A stretch of DNA of 64,000 nucleotides from Patescibacteria group bacterium (GCA_041659045.1 JBAZZB010000001.1:198111-262110); one strand, 5' to 3'; numbered from the stretch's first letter, positions 29,112 through 41,267 are shown. The notes: generated by a model not told the origin, from the sequence alone. Numbers and translations are program-made.

Positions 29112-29975
29112 ATGACCGCACCTGACAAGCAGTACACGTTCAACGCTTTCGACGAGAAGTGGAGATGCGCCCGCACATGGGCGACGGCAACTGAAGCCGA
29201 CTATCGCCAGTGGTACCTGACGCGCTACGGCTACGGCACGCTCGAAGGGCTCGCCACGTTCTTGGCCGGCAAGCGTCGGATCCTCGAAGCCGGTTGCGGC
29301 CAAGCGCGCGACAGTAAGATGTTCGCGGAGCTGAACTCGACGGCGGTGATCATCGCGATGGATCAGAGCGTGAATGCGCTCGAAGTCGCGATGGAAAACT
29401 TGAGCGAGTTCCCGAACTGCGCGATCATGCGCGACGACATCACGTCGTTCGCGTTGCCCGAACCGTTCGACTTCATCTCCTGCGACCAGGTGATGCACCA
29501 CACGCCGGATCCGGCCGCGACACTTCGGCATCTCTACAGCCATCTGGCCGTCGGCGGTACCTTGAACTTCTTCGTCTGCCGCAAGAAAGGTCCGGCGCGC
29601 GATCTCGTCGATGACCTGATCATGGAGTGGGCCAAGACGGCCACCTTCGATCAACTCTGGGCTTTCGCACAAGAGGTCACCAGGTTCGGAAAGGCGCTGC
29701 ACGGACTCGGCATCACGAACGTCACGTTCAAGGGCGTGGTCTATCCCGATCTGCAGCGCTTGGTGCACAACCTGCTCTTTCGTTGCTGGTACAACCCGAA
29801 CATCGACTTCGATCTCTCGATCTCGTCGAACTTCGACTGGTTCTCCGGGAATCCGCGTTTCGACGCGGAGGAAGTGCGTGGCATGATCATGACCTTGCCC
29901 GAAGGGTCGTTCGAGGTCACGCGCTTCTACGAGGACGACCCGTCCATCTCTGTTTCGCTGACCCGCCTCCGTTGA
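29112..29975 (+). CDS. class I SAM-dependent methyltransferase
   Basis: 287 aa; GGAGG SD 5 nt upstream; motif I ILEAGCGQARDS; very high GC3. Confidence 0.65.
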   Translation: MTAPDKQYTFNAFDEKWRCARTWATATEADYRQWYLTRYGYGTLEGLATFLAGKRRILEAGCGQARDSKMFAELNSTAVIIAMDQSVNALEVAMENLSEFPNCAIMRDDITSFALPEPFDFISCDQVMHHTPDPAATLRHLYSHLAVGGTLNFFVCRKKGPARDLVDDLIMEWAKTATFDQLWAFAQEVTRFGKALHGLGITNVTFKGVVYPDLQRLVHNLLFRCWYNPNIDFDLSISSNFDWFSGNPRFDAEEVRGMIMTLPEGSFEVTRFYEDDPSISVSLTRLR

Positions 29976-30006
29976 CAGGGGTGGGTCTTTTTGTTACGTT
30001 CGCGCC

Positions 30007-30903
30007 ATGAAAGCACTTGTGACAGGTGTTTCTGGGTTCATTGGTCCACACATCGTCGAAGCCTGCCTCGCAGCAGGCATGGAGGTGATCGGTATCGACA
30101 AGAACGACTACCCGTACGAACGGCCCGAAGGCTTCTCTTTCACGCAGATGGACGTTCGCGATCTCACGCCTGAGCGGATGCACGTCGACTACGTCATCCA
30201 CCTTGCGTTCGTGACGAACATTCCATTCTCGATCGAGCACCCGCTCGAGACGACGCGCGACAACATCGACATGACCGCGTTCGCGCTCGACTGGGCGGCC
30301 AAGACCAAGGTCAAGAAGTTCGTCTTCTCGTCGACGGCCTCGCTCTACGGCAACAATCCGCCGCCCTGGCGGGAGGACATGCCGTCCGACGCGATCGAGC
30401 CGTACTGCTGGCAGAAGTTCTGTGGCGAGGCTGCCTGCCGTATGTGGGCGGCACGCTACGGACTGCCGACGGTTTCGCTGCGCCTCTTCCAGGTCTACGG
30501 CGAGAACCAGCGGCACGACACGGCCTTCGCCAAGTTCTTCAATGCGAAGCGCACCGGCAAGCCGATCGAGCTGATCGAGACGACGGCGCAGTCCACCTTC
30601 CGCACCGGCCAGCGCGACTTCATCTACGTGAAGGACGTGGCCGAGGCCTTCGTGCGCGCCTGCCTGTCCGACAAGGTCGGCAAGGGCGAGATCGTGAACG
30701 TCGGCACCGGTATCGTTCGCACGATGGAAGATGTCGCCAAGGCGATCTTGGGCGACGACGGCAACGTCGTCTTCAAGCCGCAGCGCAAGTGGGAAGTCGA
30801 GCGGCACGAGGCGGACATCACCGCGGCGCGCACCCTCCTCGGGTGGGAGCCGAAGGCGACGGACGTCCTCGCCTGGCTTCGGCACCACGTGTCCACCTTC
30901 TGA
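30007..30903 (+). CDS. NAD-dependent epimerase/dehydratase-family enzyme
   Basis: 298 aa; MKALVTGVSGFIGPHIVEA Rossmann; extended SDR fold; very high GC3. Confidence 0.7.
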   Translation: MKALVTGVSGFIGPHIVEACLAAGMEVIGIDKNDYPYERPEGFSFTQMDVRDLTPERMHVDYVIHLAFVTNIPFSIEHPLETTRDNIDMTAFALDWAAKTKVKKFVFSSTASLYGNNPPPWREDMPSDAIEPYCWQKFCGEAACRMWAARYGLPTVSLRLFQVYGENQRHDTAFAKFFNAKRTGKPIELIETTAQSTFRTGQRDFIYVKDVAEAFVRACLSDKVGKGEIVNVGTGIVRTMEDVAKAILGDDGNVVFKPQRKWEVERHEADITAARTLLGWEPKATDVLAWLRHHVSTF

Positions 30904-30929
30904 GAACCCGTACGAGCAAGGAGAACATC

Positions 30930-32186
30930 ATGGAGCTCATTCGCAACAAGGGCTGCCGCATGTGCGGCACGAACACCTTCAAGACCGTCATCGACATGGG
31001 CGTGCACCCGCTGGTCAACAGCCTGGTCGCCAAGGAAGACCTCGACAAGGAGGATCCGCGGTTCCCGCTGGTGGTCAAGCAGTGCATGGCCTGCTCTCTG
31101 GTGCAGCTCGTCGAGATCGTCGACGCGCACGACATCTACAAGGGTCAGGACTACCTGTTCTACTCGTCGGACATGCCTGGTCTCTCGAAGTACTTCGCGG
31201 ACTACGTGGTGCAGGATGTCATTCCGCATATCGATCCCGGCGACTTGGTCGTCGAGATCGGCAGCAATGACGGCGTCCTGCTCCAGCATCTGGTCGAGGA
31301 CTATGAAGTTCTCGGCGTCGATCCCTCGACGAACGTGGCGCTTCGCGCCATCCGGAAGGGGATTCCGACCGTACCACTCTTCTTCACCGAAGATCTGGCG
31401 CGGCAGATCGTGAACGAGTACGAGGGCAAGGCCAAGGCCATCGTGGCCAACAACTGCATCGCGCACCTGAACGGCCTCGATGACCTGATGCGCGGCGTTT
31501 CTCGGCTCCTGGCCGACGACGGCGTGTTCATCATCGAGTGTAACTACTGGGGCGGGATGGTCGTGAACGGCAACTATTCGTTGATCTACCACGACCACTA
31601 CAGCTACTTCTCGGCGCATGTCTGGGAGAGCTTCGCTCGGAAGTTCGGGATGCGGCCGTTCGACGCCTGGGTCACTCCGGCGCAGGGCGGTTCACTCCGG
31701 CTCTTCCTCTGCAAGGACAAGCGTCTGCCCACGCAACGCTACATGGATCTTCTGAAGCAGGAGAGCGTGAGTGGCCTCAACACGTACGCGACGAGTCTGC
31801 AGTACGAGGCCGACGTGCGCGCTGCCGCTCTGGCACTGCGCGACGGAGTCCTGGCACTCAAGGCCGACGGCAAGACGATCGCCGGCTACGGTGCTGCGGC
31901 CAAGGGCTTCACCATCCTGACCATGTCCGGCATCGGCGCGGAGCACATCTCGTACTTCGTCGACGACTCGCCGGCCAAGCAGGGGAAGTACACGCCCGTC
32001 GAGCACATCCCGATCATCACGCGCGCCGAGGCGGCTGCGAATCCACCGGACGTGTTCCTGGTGCTCGCGCCCAACTACGCCAAGGTGATCATCGAGAAGG
32101 AGCAGGCCTTCCTCAAGGCCGGCGGCACGATTGTCGTGCCCTTCGGTCGCGACATCCGTGTCGTGACCATCGATCAACCCCTCTGA
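30930..32186 (+). CDS. NDP-hexose C-methyltransferase (TylC3-type: N-terminal zinc ribbon plus Methyltransf_13/14 domains)
   Basis: ATG at 30930 with AAGGAG 7 nt upstream; N-terminal C-x2-C...C-x2-C (CRMCG...CMAC); SAM motif VVEIGSNDGVLLQH; C-terminal C-methyltransferase domain. Confidence 0.7.
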   Translation: MELIRNKGCRMCGTNTFKTVIDMGVHPLVNSLVAKEDLDKEDPRFPLVVKQCMACSLVQLVEIVDAHDIYKGQDYLFYSSDMPGLSKYFADYVVQDVIPHIDPGDLVVEIGSNDGVLLQHLVEDYEVLGVDPSTNVALRAIRKGIPTVPLFFTEDLARQIVNEYEGKAKAIVANNCIAHLNGLDDLMRGVSRLLADDGVFIIECNYWGGMVVNGNYSLIYHDHYSYFSAHVWESFARKFGMRPFDAWVTPAQGGSLRLFLCKDKRLPTQRYMDLLKQESVSGLNTYATSLQYEADVRAAALALRDGVLALKADGKTIAGYGAAAKGFTILTMSGIGAEHISYFVDDSPAKQGKYTPVEHIPIITRAEAAANPPDVFLVLAPNYAKVIIEKEQAFLKAGGTIVVPFGRDIRVVTIDQPL

Positions 32187-32214
32187 CCGTCCCAACTTCG
32201 GGACGGTTTTTTTA
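32187..32214 (+). terminator. rho-independent terminator
   Basis: Stem ccgtccc (32187-32193), loop aacttc, stem gggacgg (32200-32206), followed by TTTTTTT. Confidence 0.6.
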
Positions 32215-32249
32215 TTGTCGAAGCCAATCGCTTGACCTACACTAGGGAC

Positions 32250-33224
32250 ATGTCTTCACCAACCCATCTCACGACGGCATTCGGCGACCGTCTTAAAAAA
32301 GACGAGCCGCTCGCCAAGCACGTGCATATTCGGATCGGAGGTCCGGCAGATTTCTATCTTGAAGCCAAAAGTTCCGAAGAAATCGCGCAAGCCGTCGAAG
32401 CGGCTGTTTCCGACAATCTTCCATTTGCGATATTTGGCGGGGGATCAAACACCTTGCCGAGCGACGAAGGTTTTCGCGGACTCGTCATCCAAGCGGCAAA
32501 CCGCGCATGGCGCATCGAGGGAACGCGCGTCATTGCCGAGGCGGGTGTTCCTTCTGGTTTTCTCGCTCGTAAAACCGCCGAAGCTGGTCTGACAGGACTC
32601 GAGTGGGCGGTCTCGCTGCCGGGAACCATCGGGGGAGCCGTGCGCGGCAACGCCGGCTGCTTTGGCGGTGAAATCAAAGATATACTCGTTTCCGTCGACG
32701 TGTTGCGCGTTGCTGACGGTCGTGTTGAACGCAACGTTTGTAAAAATGAAGAATGCAGTTTTGCGTATCGCGAATCACGTTTCAAACGGAGCCACGACGC
32801 CGTGCTGTCAGCGGAGTTCATGCTTGCTTCGGCAACGAAGGAATCTTGCCTCGCGAAACTTGAGGACGTGCTCTCAAAACGCAAGGCGGATCAACCCAAC
32901 GAGGCGCCGTCGGCCGGCTGCATGTTCAAGAATTTTGATTTTAAAGATGAGGCCGAACTTGCCAAGCTGAAAGAACATGTCGAAGTACCCGACATGTTCG
33001 TGCGCGCCAAACGCTTGCCGGCAGGCTGGTTGATCGAGCAGGCAGATCTGAAAGGGAAGACAATCGGCGGCGCCCAGGTCTCCACGAAGCACGGAAATTT
33101 CCTGCTGAATCTCGGAAACGCGACCGCCTCCGACGTCTTGCAGCTTATTTCGCTCATCAAGATGCGTATTCGCGACGACTACGGACTTCAGCTGGAAGAA
33201 GAGGTGCAGCTGCTCGGATTTTGA
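32250..33224 (+). CDS. murB: UDP-N-acetylenolpyruvoylglucosamine reductase
   Basis: FAD-binding PCMH-type N-terminal region (HVHIRIGGPADFYLEAKS...FAIFGGGSNTL) and MurB C-terminal domain; start at MSSPTHL. Confidence 0.8.
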   Translation: MSSPTHLTTAFGDRLKKDEPLAKHVHIRIGGPADFYLEAKSSEEIAQAVEAAVSDNLPFAIFGGGSNTLPSDEGFRGLVIQAANRAWRIEGTRVIAEAGVPSGFLARKTAEAGLTGLEWAVSLPGTIGGAVRGNAGCFGGEIKDILVSVDVLRVADGRVERNVCKNEECSFAYRESRFKRSHDAVLSAEFMLASATKESCLAKLEDVLSKRKADQPNEAPSAGCMFKNFDFKDEAELAKLKEHVEVPDMFVRAKRLPAGWLIEQADLKGKTIGGAQVSTKHGNFLLNLGNATASDVLQLISLIKMRIRDDYGLQLEEEVQLLGF

Positions 33225-33263
33225 CAGCGAGACGTTCGGGCAATTTCTCGAAGAGTGCTGCCC

Positions 33264-33292
33264 TTGCGTGGGACAGCCTTTTCCTTTAAAGT
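33264..33292 (+). promoter_or_regulatory. candidate sigma70-type promoter for hpf-secA
   Basis: -35 TTGCGT (33264-33269), 17-nt spacer, -10 TAAAGT (33287-33292); ATG at 33319. Confidence 0.35.
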
Positions 33293-33318
33293 AGAGCCAC
33301 TAAAACAGGCTGTTCCCT

Positions 33319-33630
33319 ATGACCATTGATCGCATCAAAGCCACCGGAATCGAACTGACCGACGCCATTAAGGACGCCGTCGAGAAAGACCTCGCCGCGC
33401 TCGCACCGATGACGGCGCGCTTCGGCGAAGCCACCTCCGTCGATGTCGAAGTCGGCAAGACGACGAATCATCACCACAAAGGCGATATCTTCCGCGCCGA
33501 GATGAATTTGCATATTCCCGGTAAGACGATCCGCGTCGAAGAGACCGCTGAAGATCTCTACGCCGCCATCAAGGAAGCCGTCCGCACGCTCGGACGCGAA
33601 GTGGTCAAAGAAAAGGAACGCCACGACTAA
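33319..33630 (+). CDS. hpf: ribosome hibernation promoting factor (short HPF/RaiA/YfiA family)
   Basis: 103 aa; sigma54-modulation/S30EA fold; sequence features IELTDAIKDAVEKDL and HIPGKTIRVEETAEDLYAAIKEAV. Confidence 0.8.
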   Translation: MTIDRIKATGIELTDAIKDAVEKDLAALAPMTARFGEATSVDVEVGKTTNHHHKGDIFRAEMNLHIPGKTIRVEETAEDLYAAIKEAVRTLGREVVKEKERHD

Positions 33631-33636
33631 TACCGC

Positions 33637-36366
<2,730 letters not shown>

Positions 36367-36380
36367 TTCGCGAACAGAAG

Positions 36381-36409
36381 ACCGACGGTTGACAAACCGT
36401 CGGTTTTTG
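36381..36409 (+). terminator. rho-independent terminator after secA
   Basis: Stem accgacggtt, loop gaca, stem aaccgtcggt, followed by TTTT. Confidence 0.6.
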
Positions 36410-36432
36410 GTATCGTCGAAGAGGGAGGAATT

Positions 36433-37200
36433 ATGCGGATCATCACGTTGAATTGCTGGTGCGGACGCGCGGTCGATCGCTTGATCCCGTTTTTCGAGCA
36501 CTATCGGACGCGCACCGACGTTTTCTTCTTGCAGGAGATCTTGAACGGCGACCAGCGCGAGATCGATCGGCGCCATCCCGGCGCCGGCTCGTACGCCGAC
36601 CTCTTCAATCTGATCGCCGCCGCGCTGCCTGGTTTCCAAGGGTTCTTCGCGGGTTTCGAAGATCCGGATCGCATGAGCAATGCCGTCTTCGCGCGCGATT
36701 CGCTCTCGATCCACGACATCTCTGAGCACGTGGTCTACGAGCCGAAGAATCCTGTGCACGAAGGACACGTGATCACCTCGAGCCGCAAGCTTCAGACGAT
36801 CACGCTGGACGTGAACGGCCACTCCGTCCTGTACGGCAACTTGCACGGCCTTTGGGTCAACGGTCCTAAGACGGACACGCCGGACCGCCTCAAGCAGTCG
36901 GAGAAGGTCGTCGAAGTCTTCAAGGGGCACGCCGGGCCAAAGACGCTCGTCGGCGACTTCAATCTGCTGCCGGACACGGAGTCCGTGCGGATGTTGGAAA
37001 CTCACGCCGGGTTGCGCAATCTGGTCGTCGAGCACGCCATCCCTTCCACGCGCACGCCGCTCTACCGTCACTACGACAATCCGAGCGAACCGAACTTTGC
37101 CGACTACGTCATGCCCTCGCATGATCAGCGGGTGAAGGGCTTCAAGGTTCTGCCGGATGTCGTGTCAGACCACGCTGCGCTCTACGCCGAGTTCGCTTAG
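36433..37200 (+). CDS. endonuclease/exonuclease/phosphatase (EEP) family protein
   Basis: 255 aa; EEP-type catalytic residues (LQEI...; GDFN; SDHAALYAEF C-terminal SDH motif); high GC3. Confidence 0.6.
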   Translation: MRIITLNCWCGRAVDRLIPFFEHYRTRTDVFFLQEILNGDQREIDRRHPGAGSYADLFNLIAAALPGFQGFFAGFEDPDRMSNAVFARDSLSIHDISEHVVYEPKNPVHEGHVITSSRKLQTITLDVNGHSVLYGNLHGLWVNGPKTDTPDRLKQSEKVVEVFKGHAGPKTLVGDFNLLPDTESVRMLETHAGLRNLVVEHAIPSTRTPLYRHYDNPSEPNFADYVMPSHDQRVKGFKVLPDVVSDHAALYAEFA

Positions 37201-37218
37201 AACCGGCGTTTTTCTTTT
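37185..37218 (+). terminator. putative rho-independent terminator
   Basis: Stem cgccg (37185-37189), 14-nt loop, stem cggcg (37204-37208), followed by TTTTTCTTTT. Confidence 0.35.
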
Positions 37219-37286
37219 AAAAATCATGCCCAATACGCTGCGAATCTTGCCATTTTAAAGAAAACCAGCCATAGTACGAGAGACAT

Positions 37287-37892
37287 ATGGAGCAGTACTT
37301 CAAAGAAGCGATCGACCTTCAGCACGCGATCTTGCGGGACAAAGTCCTGCTCGACGCGCTGAAAGAGAGCGTTGCCCTCATCGAGGGTTGTTTGAAGCGT
37401 GGTCATAAACTGCTGATTGCCGGCAATGGCGGCAGCGCGGCGGATGCGCAGCATTTTGCCGCCGAGTTGGTGGGCCGATTCAAAAAAGAAAGGAAAGCCT
37501 ACCCTGCCCTCGCGCTGACCGTTGATACGTCGATTATCACAGCCTGGAGCAACGACTATTCGTTTGAGTCGGTCTTCGCGCGCCAGATCGAAGCTTACGG
37601 TAACGCAGGAGATATTTTTATTGGCATTTCGACGAGTGGAAACTCTTCAAATCTTCTCGCGGCCGTGAAGGAGGCGAAAGAAAAAGGAATCTTCAGCCTG
37701 TGTCTTTTGGGCAGAGGCGGCGGCGCTCTCAAGGACATCTGTGACAAGGCCTTGATCGTTCCGTCCGACAACATTCCGCGCATTCAAGAAGTGCACGAGA
37801 TGCTTCTTCATATCATTTGCGAAGAGGTCGAGCGCGGTCTTGTCGGTGCGGAGGCAGCGCATGAAAACACTCTTCATCACGTCCTTTCATAG
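37287..37892 (+). CDS. gmhA: SIS-domain sugar-phosphate isomerase (GmhA-type phosphoheptose isomerase)
   Basis: 201 aa; hallmark GNGGSAADAQHFAAEL and SIS fold (GISTSGNS). Confidence 0.75.
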   Translation: MEQYFKEAIDLQHAILRDKVLLDALKESVALIEGCLKRGHKLLIAGNGGSAADAQHFAAELVGRFKKERKAYPALALTVDTSIITAWSNDYSFESVFARQIEAYGNAGDIFIGISTSGNSSNLLAAVKEAKEKGIFSLCLLGRGGGALKDICDKALIVPSDNIPRIQEVHEMLLHIICEEVERGLVGAEAAHENTLHHVLS

Positions 37893-39270
37893 CTTTATTT
37901 CGAAGAACATCCTGAACACGGATGTTCTGAGAATCCTGGGCGGCGCGTCGGATCTGCGCGTCGTGATTTTCGTGCCGCAAAGCAAAGTCTCTTTTTTCGA
38001 GCGTCATTACGCGTCTGAAAACGTTCGCATCGAAGGCGTCGATGTCGCTACGATCACCGAATCAAAACGCAACGTTTTTTTCAGCCGCCTGTTCTTTTTG
38101 ATGATTCGTTCGCACTACCTTTGGTACAAGAGAGTGGAACGGAGGGACGCGCAGCCGACACTTTTGGCGTGGGTAAAGTACGTCGTCTATTCCGGACTCG
38201 TGCGTGTCCTGAGCGGTTCTCGCGCGCTGAATCGTCTCGCACGTTTTGCATCATATCGCTTTACGCCCAAAAATATTCTTGAGGCGCACTTCGCGCGTTA
38301 TCAACCGTCGCTCGTTTTTTCGACTGACGTGTTCGACCCCGTCGACGCGCAATTTTTAAAAGAGGCAAAGTATCATCATGTCGCGACGCTGGGCATGGTT
38401 CGTTCATGGGACAATTGTTATAGCAAGGGTTTGATGCCCGTGTTGCCTGACGCTCTTTTGACGAACAACGAACTGATTAAAGAGGAGGCGGTCACGCTTC
38501 ATAACTATCCCGCCGAACGCGTCACCGTCGTAGGCTTGCCGCAGTTCGATGCGTTTGTTCGGGAGGAGCGGATCTCACGCGAAGCATTTTTCAAATCGAT
38601 CGGAGTCGATCCAAGCCAAAAGCTCGTCTTGTTCGCTCCCGCCGGTTCTATTTTGTCGGACACCGATTGGCAGACCTGTGAGATTTTGGAGAATGCGCGC
38701 GCGAAAGGGGAGATTCGTCATCCCGTGCACTTTTTCGTCCGAAACCATCCGGGACACCCAGCAGATCTCTCTCGCTTTAAGGAGAACCCTCACTTCACCA
38801 TTCAAAATCCCGGCCAGATATTTGATACCAACTCCAAGAACAACGAGCTGGATCCGCGCGATCAAAAAGAGCTCGCCGATCTTTTGTATCATTCCGACGT
38901 GGTGTTGTTTGTCGCCACAACGCTCGGACTGGACGCCACGGTCTACGACAAGCCGCAGATCATGATCGATTTCGATGGCTACGAAAAAAAGGACTACACG
39001 AAGAGTGTCGCGCGCTATCACGACGAGGATCACATGAAGAAATACATCGCGACCGCTGGCGTGCGCGTCGTGCGTGACGCGAAGGAATTGATCGATTCGA
39101 TCAACGCGTATTTGGAGAATCCTCAAATTGACTCCGAAGGCAGGGATAGTATAGTGAGGGAGCAACTTTTCAAAATCGACGGAAAATCCGGAGAACGCGT
39201 CGCAGAGCAGATCTTGAAATCCTTGAGTGCTTCTTATGGCAAAGAACGAAACAACCAAAAAGAAGTTTGA
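37861..39270 (+). CDS. CDP-glycerol glycerophosphotransferase-family (TagB/TagF-like, Glyphos_transf) protein
   Basis: ATG at 37861 with GAGG upstream; C-terminal pattern KLVLFAPAG ... VRNHPGHP ... SDVVLFVATTLGLDA matches TagF catalytic-region motifs; lower GC3 than its neighbours. Confidence 0.5.
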   Translation: MKTLFITSFHSFISKNILNTDVLRILGGASDLRVVIFVPQSKVSFFERHYASENVRIEGVDVATITESKRNVFFSRLFFLMIRSHYLWYKRVERRDAQPTLLAWVKYVVYSGLVRVLSGSRALNRLARFASYRFTPKNILEAHFARYQPSLVFSTDVFDPVDAQFLKEAKYHHVATLGMVRSWDNCYSKGLMPVLPDALLTNNELIKEEAVTLHNYPAERVTVVGLPQFDAFVREERISREAFFKSIGVDPSQKLVLFAPAGSILSDTDWQTCEILENARAKGEIRHPVHFFVRNHPGHPADLSRFKENPHFTIQNPGQIFDTNSKNNELDPRDQKELADLLYHSDVVLFVATTLGLDATVYDKPQIMIDFDGYEKKDYTKSVARYHDEDHMKKYIATAGVRVVRDAKELIDSINAYLENPQIDSEGRDSIVREQLFKIDGKSGERVAEQILKSLSASYGKERNNQKEV

Positions 39271-40369
39271 CCCTTCTCTCATCGAACCGCTCGACGGTTC
39301 GCCGATGATCAGTGCGAACTGCTGGAACGCGGTTCTTGAAACTGTCGATGAGCGGGCGCGAACGGAAAAGCGCTTGCGCTGCCTTGAGTGGGGAGCTGGA
39401 AACAGTACGATCAGTTTGGTGCGCAAAGGTAGGAAGATGGAAAACGATTTTGAATTTGTTTCGATTGAACACGAAACGAATTTTTTCCACTGGCTCGCAG
39501 AGTCTGTCCTGGCAGAGTTCTTGGACGGCTCCAGCACGAATTTGAAAATCACCTGGCAGCCGCTTGCGGGCGCCGTCATTCCCTTAGCAAGACTTGGAGC
39601 GACGTTGAAAGAACACCGTGCGCTCGAGTGTGCGTCGCTCAGCTGGCAGATTCTTTTGGGTAACCGAAGACTGCAATACATCGACGGCTTCCGGCCGCAA
39701 TTCGATTTTTCCGCGTTCAAGCTGTTCAAACAGGCGGCAAGATTGCTTTTGATGAAAATGGGCTATGCCCTGTGGTTGGTAAAGAGCGTTGCGCGGTCGT
39801 TTATTTCAAAATCAGCCCCTGCTCAGACGCACAAACTGGCTGCGCCCACGCTCGTACTGTCGGGTGCGTCCATTAAGAAAGGTGCCTTCTTCGAACATTT
39901 CGAGGAGAATCCTGTTCCCGGCTGCCTCACGATAGAGCAGTCCGGTGCGCGCGTGGAGTTATGGCACCTGCCCGCGCTGGAAACGGTCTTTTGGAACAAG
40001 GGGGTTCTGCTGGATGGATCGATCAAGCAGCTGTTCGAGTACGTATGCGTGCCGTTGAACGGCTCGTTCGATGTGGTGTTCATCGATGGTCGTGCTCGTG
40101 TTTCCTGCATCAAGCGAACGCATCGAGATAAGCTTCTGAAAGACGGCGGCTCGTTGTTCGTGCACGATGCCTTCCGTGCCGAGATGGCGGAAGGTTTCCG
40201 GTTGTTTAGCCCTTCGTTTTCGTTCATCCGCGGCTCAAACACGACGTTGAATGGGCAGTCGAGATGCGAGGAGAAATTCGGTATGCCCTTGGCGCGCGTC
40301 GGCGATGATCTGCGCACGTTGCGTTGGGAGATCACCCAGGAAATGTTCACGTATAAGAATTCTCGTTGA
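39227..40369 (+). CDS. hypothetical protein, possibly a TylF/FkbM-like SAM-dependent methyltransferase
   Basis: 380 aa; Gly-rich loop CLEWGAGNSTISL followed by acidic EFVSIE; the C-terminal VVFIDGRA...LFVHDAF resembles macrocin-O-methyltransferase-type folds; weak. Confidence 0.35.
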   Translation: MLLMAKNETTKKKFDPSLIEPLDGSPMISANCWNAVLETVDERARTEKRLRCLEWGAGNSTISLVRKGRKMENDFEFVSIEHETNFFHWLAESVLAEFLDGSSTNLKITWQPLAGAVIPLARLGATLKEHRALECASLSWQILLGNRRLQYIDGFRPQFDFSAFKLFKQAARLLLMKMGYALWLVKSVARSFISKSAPAQTHKLAAPTLVLSGASIKKGAFFEHFEENPVPGCLTIEQSGARVELWHLPALETVFWNKGVLLDGSIKQLFEYVCVPLNGSFDVVFIDGRARVSCIKRTHRDKLLKDGGSLFVHDAFRAEMAEGFRLFSPSFSFIRGSNTTLNGQSRCEEKFGMPLARVGDDLRTLRWEITQEMFTYKNSR

Positions 40370-40370
40370 T

Positions 40371-41264
40371 ATGCCGCGCCCAAAATTCCTCCAAAATTTG
40401 ATGAAAGGACCCCGACGCTTTGAAGGGGGATTGGTGTTGAATGCTTTTGGGTATCACGCGCTTCGTATCCTAGGTTTCAAGATTGCGTATGCGTTACGAA
40501 GGAAAATTGAATCACAAGACGCGAACGTGAAGCGGGTTGCAGAAGAGGTTTTGCGCGACGGCATTGTCGTGCTTCCAAACTATTTTTCTGAAGAGGTTTT
40601 TTCGAAAATTAAACGCGAAGCGGATAGCTTGAACCTTGCGACGGTCAACGAACGCGCGCCGCGAATTTTGCGCAGCGTTATTGTCGCTGACGGTCGACCG
40701 ACTTCAAACGAGACGCTTGAGACGTATTTCGCGAAAAACGATTTTCTTAACGGCGTCGCGGCGACGGTGCTCAGAAAAAAGATTCTTTTGACACCGACCG
40801 TACAAGTCGAGAGGAGCTGGTACGCTCAGGAAGACCTAGGCAAAGAGTCCACGGACAAGGCGGACAATCTGCATTTTGACGTCAGTTATCCGACGGTCAA
40901 AGCCTTCTTGTATCTCAACGACGTCAGCGCGGACAACGCCGCCTTTTCTTACGCCAGAGGCTCGCAAAAAATGACGCTCGCGCGTTTGTGGATGGAATAC
41001 AAAATGAGCGTCAAATTTTGGTTGTGGGACAAAAAGAGCCGTGAGACCATTACGCCAGAAGTGAGCCGCGAATTTCTCAAGAACAACGGATTTGAACTCA
41101 AGTCGATCGTCGGAAAAGCGAATACGCTACTTATCGTTAATACGATGGGTATGCACCGCAGAGGCGATTACGCCATGACGACCCCGAGAGAAATGGTGAA
41201 TGTGAGCTACCGCGTGCTGGAGACGTTCAAATTCTTTCTGCGCGAGCTTCGTCAAAAACGGTAG
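40371..41264 (+). CDS. phytanoyl-CoA dioxygenase (PhyH)-like Fe(II)/2-oxoglutarate oxygenase, putative
   Basis: 297 aa; H-x-D motif HFDVSYPTVKAFLYLNDV and a distal His (MGMHRRG) consistent with a 2OG-oxygenase facial triad; tentative. Confidence 0.4.
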   Translation: MPRPKFLQNLMKGPRRFEGGLVLNAFGYHALRILGFKIAYALRRKIESQDANVKRVAEEVLRDGIVVLPNYFSEEVFSKIKREADSLNLATVNERAPRILRSVIVADGRPTSNETLETYFAKNDFLNGVAATVLRKKILLTPTVQVERSWYAQEDLGKESTDKADNLHFDVSYPTVKAFLYLNDVSADNAAFSYARGSQKMTLARLWMEYKMSVKFWLWDKKSRETITPEVSREFLKNNGFELKSIVGKANTLLIVNTMGMHRRGDYAMTTPREMVNVSYRVLETFKFFLRELRQKR

Positions 41265-41267
41265 ATC

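Noticed and set aside
30444-30929. Upstream extension of the C-methyltransferase ORF (track ORF 30444-32186)
   Set aside because: The extension is out-of-frame overlap with the epimerase gene and is Arg/Gly-rich. The ATG at 30930 has a consensus AAGGAG SD and begins the zinc-ribbon domain.
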